This document shows, in pieces, positions 1 through 9,160 of a stretch of DNA of 64,000 bases. The stretch is from the IMG/VR virus record IMGVR_UViG_3300043434_000833, positions 7,708 through 71,707 of that record, one strand, 5' to 3'. Every line of letters starts with the position of its first letter. The first letter of the stretch is position 1. A program made the translations under genes and the position numbers. This DNA comes from a virus. The notes beneath the pieces were generated by a model, which did no database searches, was not told the origin of the DNA, and saw nothing but the letters and a program-made list of their open reading frames with translations.

Positions 1-438
1 ACGGGGTTCAGATAAACTACTTATCTTGACCCCTTCTTTTCTATTTGCTGCGTGTGAAAAAGTCCCATTACCCAAATACAAACCACAATGCCACCCACTC
101 GGACTTTGTCTACTTCTAAAAAAAACAATATCACCAATTATTAAACTATCTTTTTTAATTCTTTTTGTTTGATTCCATTGTTTTTGACAATTGTCTGCTA
201 ATTTTCTTCCGTAAACTTCTCTATATAGTCTCTTAGTGTATTGTGAACAATCTATACCTCTTTTAGTTGATCCCCCCAATCGATATCTAACACCATACCA
301 CTCCATAACAAATGTAGACAAGGGGGTTAACTTTAATGGATTGAGTTTATTATATTCAACATAATCTCTGAACTGATTTTGTGCAGTTGATGACATTATG
401 ATTAATGTCATAATAATGGTAAGTGACAATTTTTTCAT
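1..438 (-). CDS. NlpC/P60 (C40) cell-wall peptidase with signal peptide, runs off window start
   Basis: Not in ORF track; manual translation MKKLSLTIIMTLIIMSSTAQ...WYGVRYRLGGSTKRGIDCSQY...GDIVFF...HCGLYLGNGTFSHA shows the DCS catalytic Cys and both His motifs. Confidence 0.9.
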   Translation of the reverse strand, partial: MKKLSLTIIMTLIIMSSTAQNQFRDYVEYNKLNPLKLTPLSTFVMEWYGVRYRLGGSTKRGIDCSQYTKRLYREVYGRKLADNCQKQWNQTKRIKKDSLIIGDIVFFRSRQSPSGWHCGLYLGNGTFSHAANRKEGVKISSLSEPR

Positions 439-439
439 A

Positions 440-1468
440 CTAATTAGAAAGTGGGGCTTTAATACTTGAATGTGATTCGTAATTTAACAATTCAAAATCG
501 TTTATTTCGTAGTGTGCCACATCATCTACTTGTGAATTCAATATTTTTAATGTCGGTAATTTTTTAAGTGGTTCTCTACTAATTTGTTCTTTTGCCTGTG
601 TAATGTGATTAGAATACAAATGAGTATCACCTAAGTTACCAATTAATTCATCAGGTACCATATCCACCTTTTTTGCAATAATCTCCAACAACAACCCATA
701 AGATGCAATGTTAAATGGTAATCCTAAAAATGTGTCCACGCTTCTTTGATTCCATTGAAGAGAGATTGCTCGTTTAGGTACAGGATATAACTTATCAATT
801 TCATTATGATCACCTACGTGAAAATCAAAAGGGTCAAATATTTTATATGTTTTAGATGCCAAATCTAATCGTTCTTCAATACTTAATTCTCTTGTGTAAA
901 CTTGGAATCCGTAATGACAAGGTGGTAACGCGGCGTGTTCATTATAACCTGGATGCCAAGCGGTAACCATCAATCTTCTACTATCTGGATTTGTTTTTAA
1001 ATCATCAATTAGGTTTTGTATTTGGTCAATTCCCCCATATGAATCTTCATCAAAAGATCTCCACATTCTACCATAAATCGGACCTAATTCACCCCATTTA
1101 TTCGCAAACTCATCATCGGTTTTAATTTTATCTATGAATAATTCTTTAGTTAGTTGACTCTCATTACCAAACCATTCGGTCATTGTATTTTGGTAATTCT
1201 TATACGCGTCACCGTCCCAAATATGACAGTTATTGTCAACAAGATATTTGATATTTGTATCTCCTCGTAAGAACCATAATAACTCTGTCACCATTGTCTT
1301 CCAAGCCATTTTCTTTGTGGTCAGTAACGGAAATCCCTGTGACATTTTATGTTTAATCTGACGACCAAATACCGATATCGTACCGGTCCCCGTTCTATCA
1401 GTTTTAACTACTCCATTATCAATAATATCTTGTAGTAATTCTTGATACTTGATGTCTAATGTATTCAT
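440..1468 (-). CDS. thyA: Thymidylate synthase
   Basis: DRTGTGT, GFPLLTTKK, ELLWF, LGPIYG, SRR, LPPCH, QRSVD..LGLPFNIASY, GDTHLY motifs. Confidence 0.97.
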   Translation of the reverse strand: MNTLDIKYQELLQDIIDNGVVKTDRTGTGTISVFGRQIKHKMSQGFPLLTTKKMAWKTMVTELLWFLRGDTNIKYLVDNNCHIWDGDAYKNYQNTMTEWFGNESQLTKELFIDKIKTDDEFANKWGELGPIYGRMWRSFDEDSYGGIDQIQNLIDDLKTNPDSRRLMVTAWHPGYNEHAALPPCHYGFQVYTRELSIEERLDLASKTYKIFDPFDFHVGDHNEIDKLYPVPKRAISLQWNQRSVDTFLGLPFNIASYGLLLEIIAKKVDMVPDELIGNLGDTHLYSNHITQAKEQISREPLKKLPTLKILNSQVDDVAHYEINDFELLNYESHSSIKAPLSN

Positions 1469-1535
1469 AGATAATATTAATGTTATATATTTTTAAATGT
1501 CCTTATCGGATCACAAATTAATGTCTATTGTTTTT

Positions 1536-1907
1536 CTACAACTTTTTGATGTTTATTCTTTTTTTATTGTCTCTTTCCAATTCTCTAGAATATTTTTCTT
1601 TAAATCCGATAATACGATGAAATTCACGATACGCATCAGGGTGAGAATCTTTTAAATGGTCCAAACCATATTCATATTCAAAAAGTATTTCATCATATCT
1701 TATTTCTTTCTTGTCCCAACCATCTTCTTCAATCTGTAATTCACTTTGTAAATTACTAATAACCGATTTAAGTGAATCATCTTTACAGATGTGTGTTTGA
1801 GGTGTGATAATTTGATTTTGTTCGTTAAGGTTTACGATTAACTCCCACATTAAAAAGATTATCACAGTAACCAAAACCGGCACCAATGTATTATTTCTAT
1901 TTTCCAT
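1536..1907 (-). CDS. Hypothetical protein with N-terminal membrane anchor
   Basis: Hydrophobic LVPVLVTVIIFLMW followed by a charged helical region; packed in operon. Confidence 0.6.
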   Translation of the reverse strand: MENRNNTLVPVLVTVIIFLMWELIVNLNEQNQIITPQTHICKDDSLKSVISNLQSELQIEEDGWDKKEIRYDEILFEYEYGLDHLKDSHPDAYREFHRIIGFKEKYSRELERDNKKRINIKKL

Positions 1908-2109
1908 ACTGTGGATTTTTTTGTGATTGTACTCCGGCAGTAAATTTTAACCATTGAAAATATAACCCCCAAGCTGGTGATGTTTGAACCGAAGTAAAGA
2001 GTTGATTTGGATTACTAAAAAACACAAATGTTGGTATTATATACCACTCCTTCTTATTACTCCACATAATAAAATAATCAGTGTATCTTTTAGGTTCTTT
2101 ATTTGTCAT
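1897..2109 (-). CDS. Hypothetical protein
   Basis: Overlaps neighbours at both ends in a tight minus-strand operon. Confidence 0.55.
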   Translation of the reverse strand: MTNKEPKRYTDYFIMWSNKKEWYIIPTFVFFSNPNQLFTSVQTSPAWGLYFQWLKFTAGVQSQKNPQYGK

Positions 2110-2389
2110 AATTACCAGTTGTTCTTCTTAATAATTTATCAACATCATCTTCTCTTTCCTTCATTTCAATTATACGAATGTAATATCCATTCGGATTTGC
2201 ATCGGAGTCCTCTGACTTCACATTCTTGTCAAACCATTTACTAAACCATTTACCTTTGTAAGTTAAAACCTGACATCTTTCAGAAAATTCTTCAGAATCA
2301 GATTGGTCTAATAGACCTTCACTTACTAATTTGTTCAGTACAATGTCTTTAACCTTGTTGTAATTCTCCATTTCGGCAGTTAAGTCCAT
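2099..2389 (-). CDS. Hypothetical protein
   Basis: Operon packing, phage-like composition. Confidence 0.6.
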   Translation of the reverse strand: MDLTAEMENYNKVKDIVLNKLVSEGLLDQSDSEEFSERCQVLTYKGKWFSKWFDKNVKSEDSDANPNGYYIRIIEMKEREDDVDKLLRRTTGNYDK

Positions 2390-2394
2390 CTTAT

Positions 2395-2604
2395 TTATTT
2401 TTTAAATTTAAAATTCTTGTTATAGATATTATTTTCTTTAATCCATTGAATGACTTCCAACACCGACTTCGCCTCAATATAACTCTCACTCACCCCCCTA
2501 TCTTCATTGGCTCTTAGTTTTTGAGTTGCATCATATTCAATCAAATCAATAGATTTTCTTTCTAACACAATAAATTCTTTAAATCCCCCAATAATTTGTT
2601 CCAT
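2395..2604 (-). CDS. Hypothetical protein
   Basis: Operon packing. Confidence 0.55.
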   Translation of the reverse strand: MEQIIGGFKEFIVLERKSIDLIEYDATQKLRANEDRGVSESYIEAKSVLEVIQWIKENNIYNKNFKFKK

Positions 2605-2605
2605 A

Positions 2606-2785
2606 CTATTTCTTTTTAGGTTTTCTAATGTAATCTAATACAATGTTGAATGACCCAAGACTGATGACCCCCCATCCAAAGTATTTTACTAATTCAGGGT
2701 CAGTACCTTTAAGGCCGTACTTCTGAACCAATATCCCCGTTAGTATCATCATTAAATAAATCATCTCTTTCAGTTTGATATTCAT
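2606..2785 (-). CDS. Small two-TM membrane protein (59 aa)
   Basis: Not in ORF track; MNIKLKEMIYLMMILTGILVQKYGLKGTDPELVKYFGWGVISLGSFNIVLDYIRKPKKK; stop lies 1 nt before the next ATG. Confidence 0.6.
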   Translation of the reverse strand: MNIKLKEMIYLMMILTGILVQKYGLKGTDPELVKYFGWGVISLGSFNIVLDYIRKPKKK

Positions 2786-2975
2786 CTTCTTTTAATTTAC
2801 TTAGACATTTATAAAGCATATTTGCTTCCATTAGATTATACAATCGATTGTGTAACCCAAATTCTATCGTTTTTTCCAACACAAGTATCGATTGTTTTTT
2901 GTCCATTTCACGAACGAAATCATCGAACTCTCTTACATCTTCAAACTCTATTAAACCACCAAAAATACTTTCCAT
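2709..2975 (-). CDS. Hypothetical protein
   Basis: First gene behind promoter motif at 2979-3010. Confidence 0.6.
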   Translation of the reverse strand: MESIFGGLIEFEDVREFDDFVREMDKKQSILVLEKTIEFGLHNRLYNLMEANMLYKCLSKLKEDEYQTERDDLFNDDTNGDIGSEVRP

Positions 2976-2978
2976 AAT

Positions 2979-3010
2979 AAAATATAAAAAATTATTTCTA
3001 AAAAACCAAA
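2979..3010 (-). promoter_or_regulatory. Bacteroidota-like -33/-7 promoter
   Basis: TTTG-N20-TATATTTT, 3 nt before ATG. Confidence 0.6.
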
Positions 3011-3022
3011 TAATTATAAGAT

Positions 3023-3388
3023 ATGTCAGTACACATCAATAACAAAACTTTTAAAGCCGAATATCTCTCAACCCCCGAAGAAATCGAGAGAGGGATGATG
3101 GGTAGAGAAATATTAGATGGTTGTATGGTTTTTAAAATGGGAAAAGGTCATCATTCATTTTGGATGAAGAATTGCCTAGTCCCATTAGATATAGTTTTTG
3201 TCCTTAATAACCGAATTAATCGAATTCACCCTAATTGTCCGGTTGAAGATTCTCACAGAATGACTCTACCACATTACACGGGTATTGGTGACCACGTAAT
3301 AGAATTTCCTGCGGGTACTACAGAGGGTTGGAAAGTAGGTGATCGTGTTGCAATGTATCTTGGGTCACCTCAGAATCCTGTTCGATAG
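3023..3388 (+). CDS. DUF192 family protein
   Basis: TPEEIERGMMGR...MVF...FWMKNCLVPLDIVF...VIEFPAG pattern. Confidence 0.85.
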   Translation: MSVHINNKTFKAEYLSTPEEIERGMMGREILDGCMVFKMGKGHHSFWMKNCLVPLDIVFVLNNRINRIHPNCPVEDSHRMTLPHYTGIGDHVIEFPAGTTEGWKVGDRVAMYLGSPQNPVR

Positions 3389-4031
3389 GGCTATCATATT
3401 TTACTCTTGGTTTAACTTTTTCAAAAACCCAAAAATAACTGTGATATTTACGTGCGTGTTCTTGTTTAGTCCATTTTGTACCAAAACTATTTATTCGAAC
3501 ATTCGATGTTAAAATGAATAAATCTCTCGGATAGAATCCTAACTCTTGTGCCATATTCATCACCATAACGTGAGAGAAGTGATTCTTACCTCCTGATACT
3601 GTATCTTGACATTTAAAGACCACGTAACCACCTTTTTCTGTAATTCGATACAATTCCTTCAATGTGTTATAATAATGGTTTTTAAGGTGGTTATATGACT
3701 CATAACCCTCAAATCTCTTAGCGATAATTGAGCTCCCCTCCTTGTTTCCTTTATATGACTTACCGGCAATTACAAATGGTGGATCAAACATAATACTTTT
3801 CATTGACCCATCACCAAACGGTAAATTTTCAGAACTGGCTTCAACCACAGTATCGTTAACGGGATAAATGTCCGATTTATTAACGGGAGACGGTAAGTCT
3901 TTCCAAAAGTTACCTTTAGAATATGTACAATCTAAATCGAATCTCTCGATATTGTATAAATTCATAATACTTTTTATTGCCTCGAAGTTTGATGTGTAAA
4001 CACTTTTAATTGGTTTAAAGTCCTTTTCCAT
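3318..4031 (-). CDS. Putative amino (N6-adenine/N4-cytosine) DNA methyltransferase
   Basis: LDCTYSKGNFW SAM-binding-like segment, DPPF catalytic motif, GGYVVFKCQD. Confidence 0.7.
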   Translation of the reverse strand: MEKDFKPIKSVYTSNFEAIKSIMNLYNIERFDLDCTYSKGNFWKDLPSPVNKSDIYPVNDTVVEASSENLPFGDGSMKSIMFDPPFVIAGKSYKGNKEGSSIIAKRFEGYESYNHLKNHYYNTLKELYRITEKGGYVVFKCQDTVSGGKNHFSHVMVMNMAQELGFYPRDLFILTSNVRINSFGTKWTKQEHARKYHSYFWVFEKVKPRVKYDSPIEQDSEVTQDTLQHDHLLSNPL

Positions 4032-4061
4032 TTAATTTTTAATTTCTTTTATGTATATTTT

Positions 4062-4093
4062 AAAATATAGTAAATAAAAACTAATAAACCAAA
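4062..4093 (-). promoter_or_regulatory. Bacteroidota-like -33/-7 promoter
   Basis: TTTG-N20-TATATTTT upstream of methylase gene. Confidence 0.55.
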
Positions 4094-4094
4094 A

Positions 4095-4102
4095 TATTTA
4101 TA
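4095..4102 (+). promoter_or_regulatory. TATTTATA putative late promoter
   Basis: Same octamer precedes structural genes; 16 nt before ATG 4119. Confidence 0.45.
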
Positions 4103-4118
4103 AAAAAAACAAACAACT

Positions 4119-4292
4119 ATGGGATGTGGATGTAAAAAAGCAGCAAAACTATCTGAACCAATTAAACAACCGACAAACATACAAGTAACGGTTGACCAAG
4201 CGGTGGTTTCAGGTCAAACACCAACATTAAACGAACAACAACAACAAGTTGTGGATAGTATCATTGATAAATTAAATCAAATAAATCAATAG
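4119..4292 (+). CDS. Small MGCGCKK protein (57 aa)
   Basis: Not in ORF track; MGCGCKKAAKLSEPIKQPTNIQVTVDQAVVSGQTPTLNEQQQQVVDSIIDKLNQINQ, bracketed by promoter motif and terminator. Confidence 0.75.
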   Translation: MGCGCKKAAKLSEPIKQPTNIQVTVDQAVVSGQTPTLNEQQQQVVDSIIDKLNQINQ

Positions 4293-4300
4293 TTAAAATC

Positions 4301-4334
4301 TCGTGTATATTAAATCTATACACGATTTTTTTTT
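4301..4334 (+). terminator. Intrinsic terminator
   Basis: TCGTGTATA-7 nt loop-TATACACGA followed by T9. Confidence 0.75.
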
Positions 4335-4510
4335 CTATAATGTATATATTTATTATATATAAATATAAAAATTATATATGTAAATATAAACTAAGAATAT
4401 ATCATTAAATAAAGGGTTAATGACTATTAAATGTTAGAAAAAATGGTTATATTCTAAAAGATTACTTTTATCCCCTACTTAAAGATAAAAAAATTATTTA
4501 ACTTATAAAA

Positions 4511-4708
4511 ATGAAAAATGGTGTAAAATTAACTAGTGTGAATATTCTGAAGGATGTTTACAATGGTTTTAAAAAGAATAACATCGACACTGATATGACT
4601 TTACAAAAACTCGTTAATAGATGTGTTGACCTATATTCTAAAGATAGTAACTTCAAAGATTTGGTTGATAACCATAACACATTAGGTATAAAAGGAACAA
4701 AATATTAA
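4511..4708 (+). CDS. Small hypothetical protein, possibly ribbon-helix-helix DNA-binding
   Basis: KLTSVNI strand then two helices (YNGFKK, TLQKLVNRCVDLY); heads glycosyltransferase operon. Confidence 0.5.
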   Translation: MKNGVKLTSVNILKDVYNGFKKNNIDTDMTLQKLVNRCVDLYSKDSNFKDLVDNHNTLGIKGTKY

Positions 4709-4709
4709 A

Positions 4710-6071
4710 ATGTCAAAGAAAAGAATTTTACTACTATCTGATGATTTAAGAATGACTTCAGGTATCTCAACTATGTCTAAAGAATTTGTTTTAGGTACTG
4801 TTGATAAATTTGATTGGATTCAATTAGGTGCAGGTATTAATCACCCTGAAGTGGGTAAATACGTTGATTGTAGTGTGGACACAAGAGAAAGAACGGGTGT
4901 TCAAGATGCCAATTTAACTATCATCCCATATAATTCGTATGGTGATATGGTAATTTTAAGAAAGATATTATCTGAATTTAAAATTGACGCTATCTTACAT
5001 TTCACCGACCCTCACTATTGGCAGTGGTTATATGATAATGAACACGAGATTAGACAACAGGTCCCAATTTTATATTATCACATTTGGGATAATTTACCTG
5101 ATCCTCTATACAATAAGAATTATTATGAATGTTGTGATTGGTTAGGTTGTATATCTAAATTGACATATGGTATTGTAAATCGTGTTGGTAAAATGGAAAA
5201 TGGTATTGGTAAACCGTTGGAAGAATGGCAAGTTAGTTATGTTCCGCACGGTATTAATCCGGATATATTTAAACCAATCGATACAATTGATAAACAAATA
5301 ACCAATACATTATTTGCCGGTAAAGAATATAATTTTATTATGTTCTATAACAATAGAAATATTCGTAGAAAGCAACCATCTGATGTTATCTACTCATTTA
5401 AATTGTTCTGTGATTCATTACCTAAAGAAGAATCGGATAAATGTGTATTAATTATGCACACAACACCAATTGATAATAATGGTACTGATTTATATGCCGT
5501 TAAAGATACGTTATGTCCTGATTACGATGTGATTTTCTCAACATTAAAAATTGAATCGGATAAGTTAAATCAATTATATAATTTGGTCGATTGTACAATC
5601 AATATAGCTAACAATGAAGGTTTTGGTTTAGCTACCGCCGAGAGTATTATGGCAGGTACGCCAATTATTGTTAATGTTAGTGGTGGTTTACAAGACCAAT
5701 GTGGATTTGATTTTACTGCTGACGATTATATTGAAATAGGTTCATTACACAATAAAGATAAATCGAGACATTTAGTCCAAGAAGGTGAATGGGTTGTCCC
5801 CGTTTGGCCGTCGGCGATTAACTTAAATGGTTCACCAATTACTCCATATATATTCGATGATAGAGTTAACGACAATGAAGTGGCGGAGGCGATAATGAAA
5901 GTTTATAAGATGACTAAGAAAGAAAGAAAAGAAAGAGGTTTGAAAGGTAGAGAATGGGCAATTAAAAACTTGTCATCTAAAGTAATGTGTGAGGCTATGG
6001 TAGAGGGAATTGAAACAACAATTAAAAATTATAAACCTAAGCAGAGATTTAATTTATACAAGATAGTTTAA
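4710..6071 (+). CDS. Glycosyltransferase family 4 (GT-B)
   Basis: VPHGI, NRNIRRK, NEGFGLATAESIMAGTPII motifs. Confidence 0.9.
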   Translation: MSKKRILLLSDDLRMTSGISTMSKEFVLGTVDKFDWIQLGAGINHPEVGKYVDCSVDTRERTGVQDANLTIIPYNSYGDMVILRKILSEFKIDAILHFTDPHYWQWLYDNEHEIRQQVPILYYHIWDNLPDPLYNKNYYECCDWLGCISKLTYGIVNRVGKMENGIGKPLEEWQVSYVPHGINPDIFKPIDTIDKQITNTLFAGKEYNFIMFYNNRNIRRKQPSDVIYSFKLFCDSLPKEESDKCVLIMHTTPIDNNGTDLYAVKDTLCPDYDVIFSTLKIESDKLNQLYNLVDCTINIANNEGFGLATAESIMAGTPIIVNVSGGLQDQCGFDFTADDYIEIGSLHNKDKSRHLVQEGEWVVPVWPSAINLNGSPITPYIFDDRVNDNEVAEAIMKVYKMTKKERKERGLKGREWAIKNLSSKVMCEAMVEGIETTIKNYKPKQRFNLYKIV

Positions 6072-7333
6072 TGAAACCAACGTTATTATTTAGAGGACCG
6101 GTTAAAACAAGAAGTGGATATGGTTCACACTCAAGAGATTTATTAGAGGCATTATACAAAATGGATTTGTTCAACATCAGTATAGATAGTTGTATGTGGG
6201 GTGGTACACCTATGACCGCTTTGGAATCCGATAATTTATTTCATAAATGGATCGAAAGTAACATTGTTACGAGATTTGACGGTTTACCCGATTTATATGT
6301 CCAAGTGACTGTTCCAAATGAATTTCAAAGATATGGTAAGTTCAATATCGGTATAACCGCAGGTATCGAAACAACGGTGGCACCTAAAGATTGGGTTGAT
6401 GGGTGTAATAAAATGGATTTGATTATCACAACATCTGCCTTTTCTAAAGACGTACTTCAAAATACTGTTTATAATGAAGTGGAGAAAAACACAAATAAAC
6501 TTATTAAACAACATAAAATTGAAAAGCCAATTCAAGTTTTATTTGAGGGTGCTGATACTTCAATTTATAATGACAAGATTAATGAGGATTTCAAATTAGA
6601 TATTAAGGAAAATTTTGCTTATCTTTTTGTTGGTCATTGGTTAAAAGGTGATATGGGGCAAGATAGAAAAGATGTTGGTATGTTAATTAAGTGCTTTGTT
6701 GAATCATTTAAAGACACTAAAGACCGACCTGCGTTAGTTTTAAAAACGTCATCCTCCTCATTTTCACCGATGGAAAGAGATAAATTCATTAAACGAATAA
6801 AAGAAGTCGTTGGTGATATTAAAAACCCCCCATCCATATATCTTTTATTTGGTGATTTGACTAATGACGAAATGAATAGTTTATATAACCATCCAAAAAT
6901 AAAATCAATGGTGTCTATCACTAAAGGTGAGGGATTTGGTAGACCATTACTTGAATTTACTATGACCGGTAAACCGGTGATAGCGTCTAATTGGTCAGGA
7001 CACAAAGATTTTTTAACATTTGATAATTCTATTTTAATTGGTGGTCAATTAAATGAGGTTCACGAAAGTGCAATTGATTCATTTATCATCAAAGGTTCTA
7101 AATGGTTCACAGCTAATTACACTGAAGTGACTGAAGTGTTTAACGTAGTTTACAACGACTACGATTCATTTTTAGTTAAATCACAAAAATTAAAAGAAGA
7201 AAATAAAAATAAATTTTCATTAGAAAAAATGAAAGACACTTTTCAAGATATATTAAAACCATTTGTGGTCGATTTACAAACAAAACCACAAATGACACAA
7301 TTAATCTTACCTAAGTTAAATAAAATAAAATAA
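6071..7333 (+). CDS. Glycosyltransferase family 4 (GT-B)
   Basis: SGYG, RKDVG, GEGFGRPLLEFTMTGKPVIASNWSGH. Confidence 0.9.
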   Translation: MKPTLLFRGPVKTRSGYGSHSRDLLEALYKMDLFNISIDSCMWGGTPMTALESDNLFHKWIESNIVTRFDGLPDLYVQVTVPNEFQRYGKFNIGITAGIETTVAPKDWVDGCNKMDLIITTSAFSKDVLQNTVYNEVEKNTNKLIKQHKIEKPIQVLFEGADTSIYNDKINEDFKLDIKENFAYLFVGHWLKGDMGQDRKDVGMLIKCFVESFKDTKDRPALVLKTSSSSFSPMERDKFIKRIKEVVGDIKNPPSIYLLFGDLTNDEMNSLYNHPKIKSMVSITKGEGFGRPLLEFTMTGKPVIASNWSGHKDFLTFDNSILIGGQLNEVHESAIDSFIIKGSKWFTANYTEVTEVFNVVYNDYDSFLVKSQKLKEENKNKFSLEKMKDTFQDILKPFVVDLQTKPQMTQLILPKLNKIK

Positions 7334-7578
7334 TGAACTTCAAATTTTTCAGAAATGAAAATGATTATGTTCTACGATTAGAACCGATGCAACTGCTGAC
7401 GTTGAATAGGTCTCGAATTAATAATGAATATTGTTTTCAATTTGACGACGAGGAACCTTACGTTTTTGGTTCAGGGAATGACCCAATAACGTTTACAATT
7501 AATCCAACAGCGGATGGTAGTATTACTTTTCAACATAACGGTAGAACTTTTAGAATTTTTACAAGAGAAAGACAATGA
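7333..7578 (+). CDS. Hypothetical protein (N-terminal NFKFF motif)
   Basis: Translationally coupled; shares NFKFF start with next gene. Confidence 0.55.
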   Translation: MNFKFFRNENDYVLRLEPMQLLTLNRSRINNEYCFQFDDEEPYVFGSGNDPITFTINPTADGSITFQHNGRTFRIFTRERQ

Positions 7579-7859
7579 GAAATTTTAAATTTTTTCACGG
7601 TTTTGTTAGTGGATTAACAACAGTTCATTGGGTACCTCCTCATAATGAAATTGGCAACTATAATTTAGATGTTGAAGAGGAGTTGACAAATTTATTAAGT
7701 CAAGAAATTGCCACAGAAATTGATAATAACATTATAGAGGAATTAACACGAAGAATTAATGGTTTACGTCCATCAATATTTGATGGTGAAATTCAACGTT
7801 TTAATGATAATATTGATTATTTAAATCATTATATGGGTATTGGAGGACAAAGAGCGTGA
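7575..7859 (+). CDS. Small protein containing a gp23 major-capsid-like helix
   Basis: LDVEEELTNLLSQEIATEIDNNII resembles the spine-helix segment of T4-gp23-type capsid proteins. Confidence 0.5.
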   Translation: MRNFKFFHGFVSGLTTVHWVPPHNEIGNYNLDVEEELTNLLSQEIATEIDNNIIEELTRRINGLRPSIFDGEIQRFNDNIDYLNHYMGIGGQRA

Positions 7860-8059
7860 AATGTGAGAGACATAGCTGGAACACTACGGATCGAGAATGG
7901 TGTTGGAAGTGTGAAGAATTAACATTAAGAGAAAATAAAAAAAAATATGAAGATAAGTTTTGCAATAACAGTGTGCAACGAGTTGGAGGAAATCAAGAAG
8001 TTGGTTCCATTTATATTGAAGAACAAAAGGCCTCAGGACGAGATAGTAGTTCTATTTGA
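7856..8059 (+). CDS. Small putative metal-binding protein
   Basis: CERH...CWKC motif; GTG start overlapping previous stop; tail overlaps next gene. Confidence 0.4.
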   Translation: MKCERHSWNTTDREWCWKCEELTLRENKKKYEDKFCNNSVQRVGGNQEVGSIYIEEQKASGRDSSSI

Positions 8060-8567
8060 TTCTAAGAATGGTGATTCACAAGTTTTAGATTTTCTATTAC
8101 CATATAATAAATTACCTAACGTACAAACTTGGAGATGTTTTGATTGGAATAATAACTTTGCCGATTGGAAGAATATCTTAAACAGTTATTGTGATGGTGA
8201 CTACATCTATCAATTAGACGCGGATGAAATGGTTAGTGAATACATAATTAAGAATTTACACACCATTTTGGAAATGAATCCAAGTGTTGATTTGATATTT
8301 GTACCGAGAATGAATACTGTTACAGGTATAACTCAGGATCACATCAATAAGTGGGGATGGAATGTAAATGAAAAGGGATTTATTAACTTTCCCGATATGC
8401 AAGGTCGTATATATCGAAAAAATATGAGTTGGTACGGTAAAGTTCACGAAAGAATTATCGGAGGGGAAAGATTTTCTTCATTACCCTACGATGAAGAATA
8501 CTGTATCCAACATCATAAAACAATACAGCGTCAAGAAAAACAAAACAATTATTACGGAACTATATGA
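7947..8567 (+). CDS. Glycosyltransferase family 2
   Basis: ISFAITVCNE, DYIYQLDADE (DXD), VHE motif. Confidence 0.9.
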   Translation: MKISFAITVCNELEEIKKLVPFILKNKRPQDEIVVLFDSKNGDSQVLDFLLPYNKLPNVQTWRCFDWNNNFADWKNILNSYCDGDYIYQLDADEMVSEYIIKNLHTILEMNPSVDLIFVPRMNTVTGITQDHINKWGWNVNEKGFINFPDMQGRIYRKNMSWYGKVHERIIGGERFSSLPYDEEYCIQHHKTIQRQEKQNNYYGTI

Positions 8568-9160
8568 GTTATCAATATCCAAAACATTTTAAATACCCCA
8601 ATGAAAGAGTATTCTTTACTGACCACATATCATTATGGGAATCGTTATTAGGTGATTTAAAAAACAAACCAAATAAAACATTAGAAATAGGGGCACTTTA
8701 TGGTGGGTGTAGTGTTTATATTTTAGAGGAGTTCTGTAAAGAAAAAGGGTCAGAACACGTTATTATGGATATTAATAAAAATGACTTCATCACCAATAAT
8801 TTATTGCCATATAAAGATAAGGTTAGGTATCTTTTAGGCGAATCATCTGACTCTTTTAAATTATTCACCGAAAAAGAAATATTTGATTTAATATATATCG
8901 ACGGTAATCATATGTCAAAATATGTATTGGAGGACACCGTTAATTCATTTTATGTTTTAAAAGATGGTGGGTATATGATATTCGATGATTTTGGTGGTGG
9001 ATGGGAACAAGAGAAACATATGCAAGTTAAAACCTCAGTCGAATCTTTTGTTCACTCGTATGAAAAATACATTGACGTTATTCACCAAGGATATCAATTC
9101 ATCATTAGAAAAAAAGAATATATTAATAAAGAAGAATTAAAAGAAAATTATTACAAATGA
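8564..9160 (+). CDS. Class I SAM methyltransferase (Methyltransf_24-like)
   Basis: LEIGALYGG, FDLIYIDGNH, LKDGGYMIFDD. Confidence 0.88.
   Translation: MSYQYPKHFKYPNERVFFTDHISLWESLLGDLKNKPNKTLEIGALYGGCSVYILEEFCKEKGSEHVIMDINKNDFITNNLLPYKDKVRYLLGESSDSFKLFTEKEIFDLIYIDGNHMSKYVLEDTVNSFYVLKDGGYMIFDDFGGGWEQEKHMQVKTSVESFVHSYEKYIDVIHQGYQFIIRKKEYINKEELKENYYK

Noticed and set aside
440-1468. ThyA-like DNA hypermodification enzyme feeding the glycosyltransferases
   Set aside because: Retains Asn in PFNIASY (dUMP specificity) and canonical TS motifs; looks like an ordinary thymidylate synthase with a loop insertion
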